NCBI GenBank assembly: GCA_963823605.1
Contig: CAWGMF010000007.1
Span: 639 to 64,638, forward strand
DNA length: 64,000 bases
Direction of reading: 5' to 3'
Origin: an uncultured Alphaproteobacteria bacterium
GTDB taxonomy: Bacteria; Pseudomonadota; Alphaproteobacteria; Rhizobiales; Beijerinckiaceae
The position numbers and the translations under genes were made by a program. Shown one piece after another: positions 63,388 through 64,000 of this stretch. Within the stretch, counting starts at the first letter, position 1, and each line of letters opens with the position of its first letter. A model generated the notes under the pieces. That model had not been told where the DNA came from. It saw nothing but the letters and a program-made list of their open reading frames with translations, and did not search any database.

Positions 63388-64000
63388 TGACGGAGAAGCA
63401 CGATGTCCGGCCCATCTCGGTCCAGCGCAGCGCCGCGCACTGCCGAGCGCCGCGCGCCGCGCCGGGCTGTCGGATCTCGCGGCGGTGTACGGGCTGGCGG
63501 TGGTGTTCGTGCTGGTGATGGTGCTGTTCGGCCTGCTGCGGCCGCAGACCTTCTTCAGCTCGATCAACATCAACACCGTGCTGGTCGGCCAGTCGGTGAC
63601 GGCGATGCTGGCGCTGGCCGAGATGGTGCCGCTGGCGACCAAGCAGTTCGATCTGTCGGTCGGCTTTCACCTCGGCATGGCGCAGATCCTGATCATCGGG
63701 CTGCAGGTCACAGGGCCTGCCCTGGCCGCTGCGGCGGCCCTGATCGTGCTGGCATCGCTGCTGGTCGGGCGCGTCAACGGCCTGCTGGTCACGCGCTTCG
63801 GGATCGACTCGTTCATCGCCACGATGGGCGTCGGCACGCTGCTGTACGGCGTTTCGAACTGGTACAGCGGCGGCGAGCAGATCGGCGGCATGGACCTGCC
63901 GGACAGCTTCACCGACCTGACGGAGATCGTCTGGCAGTCCCGCTGCCGGCGCGTCTACGTCGCGGTGGCCGCGATCGTGCTGTGGGTGGTGACGGAGCGG
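63387..64000 (+). CDS. Sugar ABC permease (RbsC-like), runs off window end
   Basis: QFDLSVG, NGLLVTRFGIDSFIATMG. Confidence 0.8.

Noticed and set aside
1-64000. tRNA, rRNA or riboswitch
   Set aside because: None recognisable by eye; a covariance-model scan would be needed to exclude small RNAs.

Overview
GC-rich accessory region, probably alphaproteobacterial (Hyphomicrobiales-like, judged from gene content and a TrpRS fragment). It opens with the right part of a tyrosine-recombinase + IS91-type (HUH/Y2) transposase element. Next comes a ~43 kb stress/detoxification island: a giant kinase-AAA-GAF-PAS-histidine kinase with a FixJ/TodT-like regulator pair, two EmrAB-like efflux pairs, a MOSC-reductase fusion, RclA- and RclC-like genes, a 9-gene hydrolase/cytochrome P460 cluster, and a wHTH-STAND regulator. 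After that are a zone of deletion scars, an ArsR-SRPBCC-GST module, a RocB/PaiB/peptide-ABC module and a GntR/sugar-ABC module. The most notable unannotated signal is a 53-bp bipartite repeat, ARYGKCVGCTTY-N21-TGARCGRC-N5-TGGGCGC. It occurs ungapped and in one orientation at module boundaries (27068, 47793, 49419, 58030), forms imperfect hairpins, and has a degenerate half next to the transposase element end, so it may be a cassette or REP-like mobility site. Other signals: a repeated palindrome (about TATAC-N4-GTATA) in promoters near the response regulator, an internal trpS fragment, and two 5'-truncated genes joined back-to-back at a 12-bp palindrome. Many genes carry single-base indels in blocks, which are more likely assembly errors than real pseudogenes. 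I saw no tRNA, rRNA or CRISPR array. Product calls come from motif recognition by eye; no searches were run.
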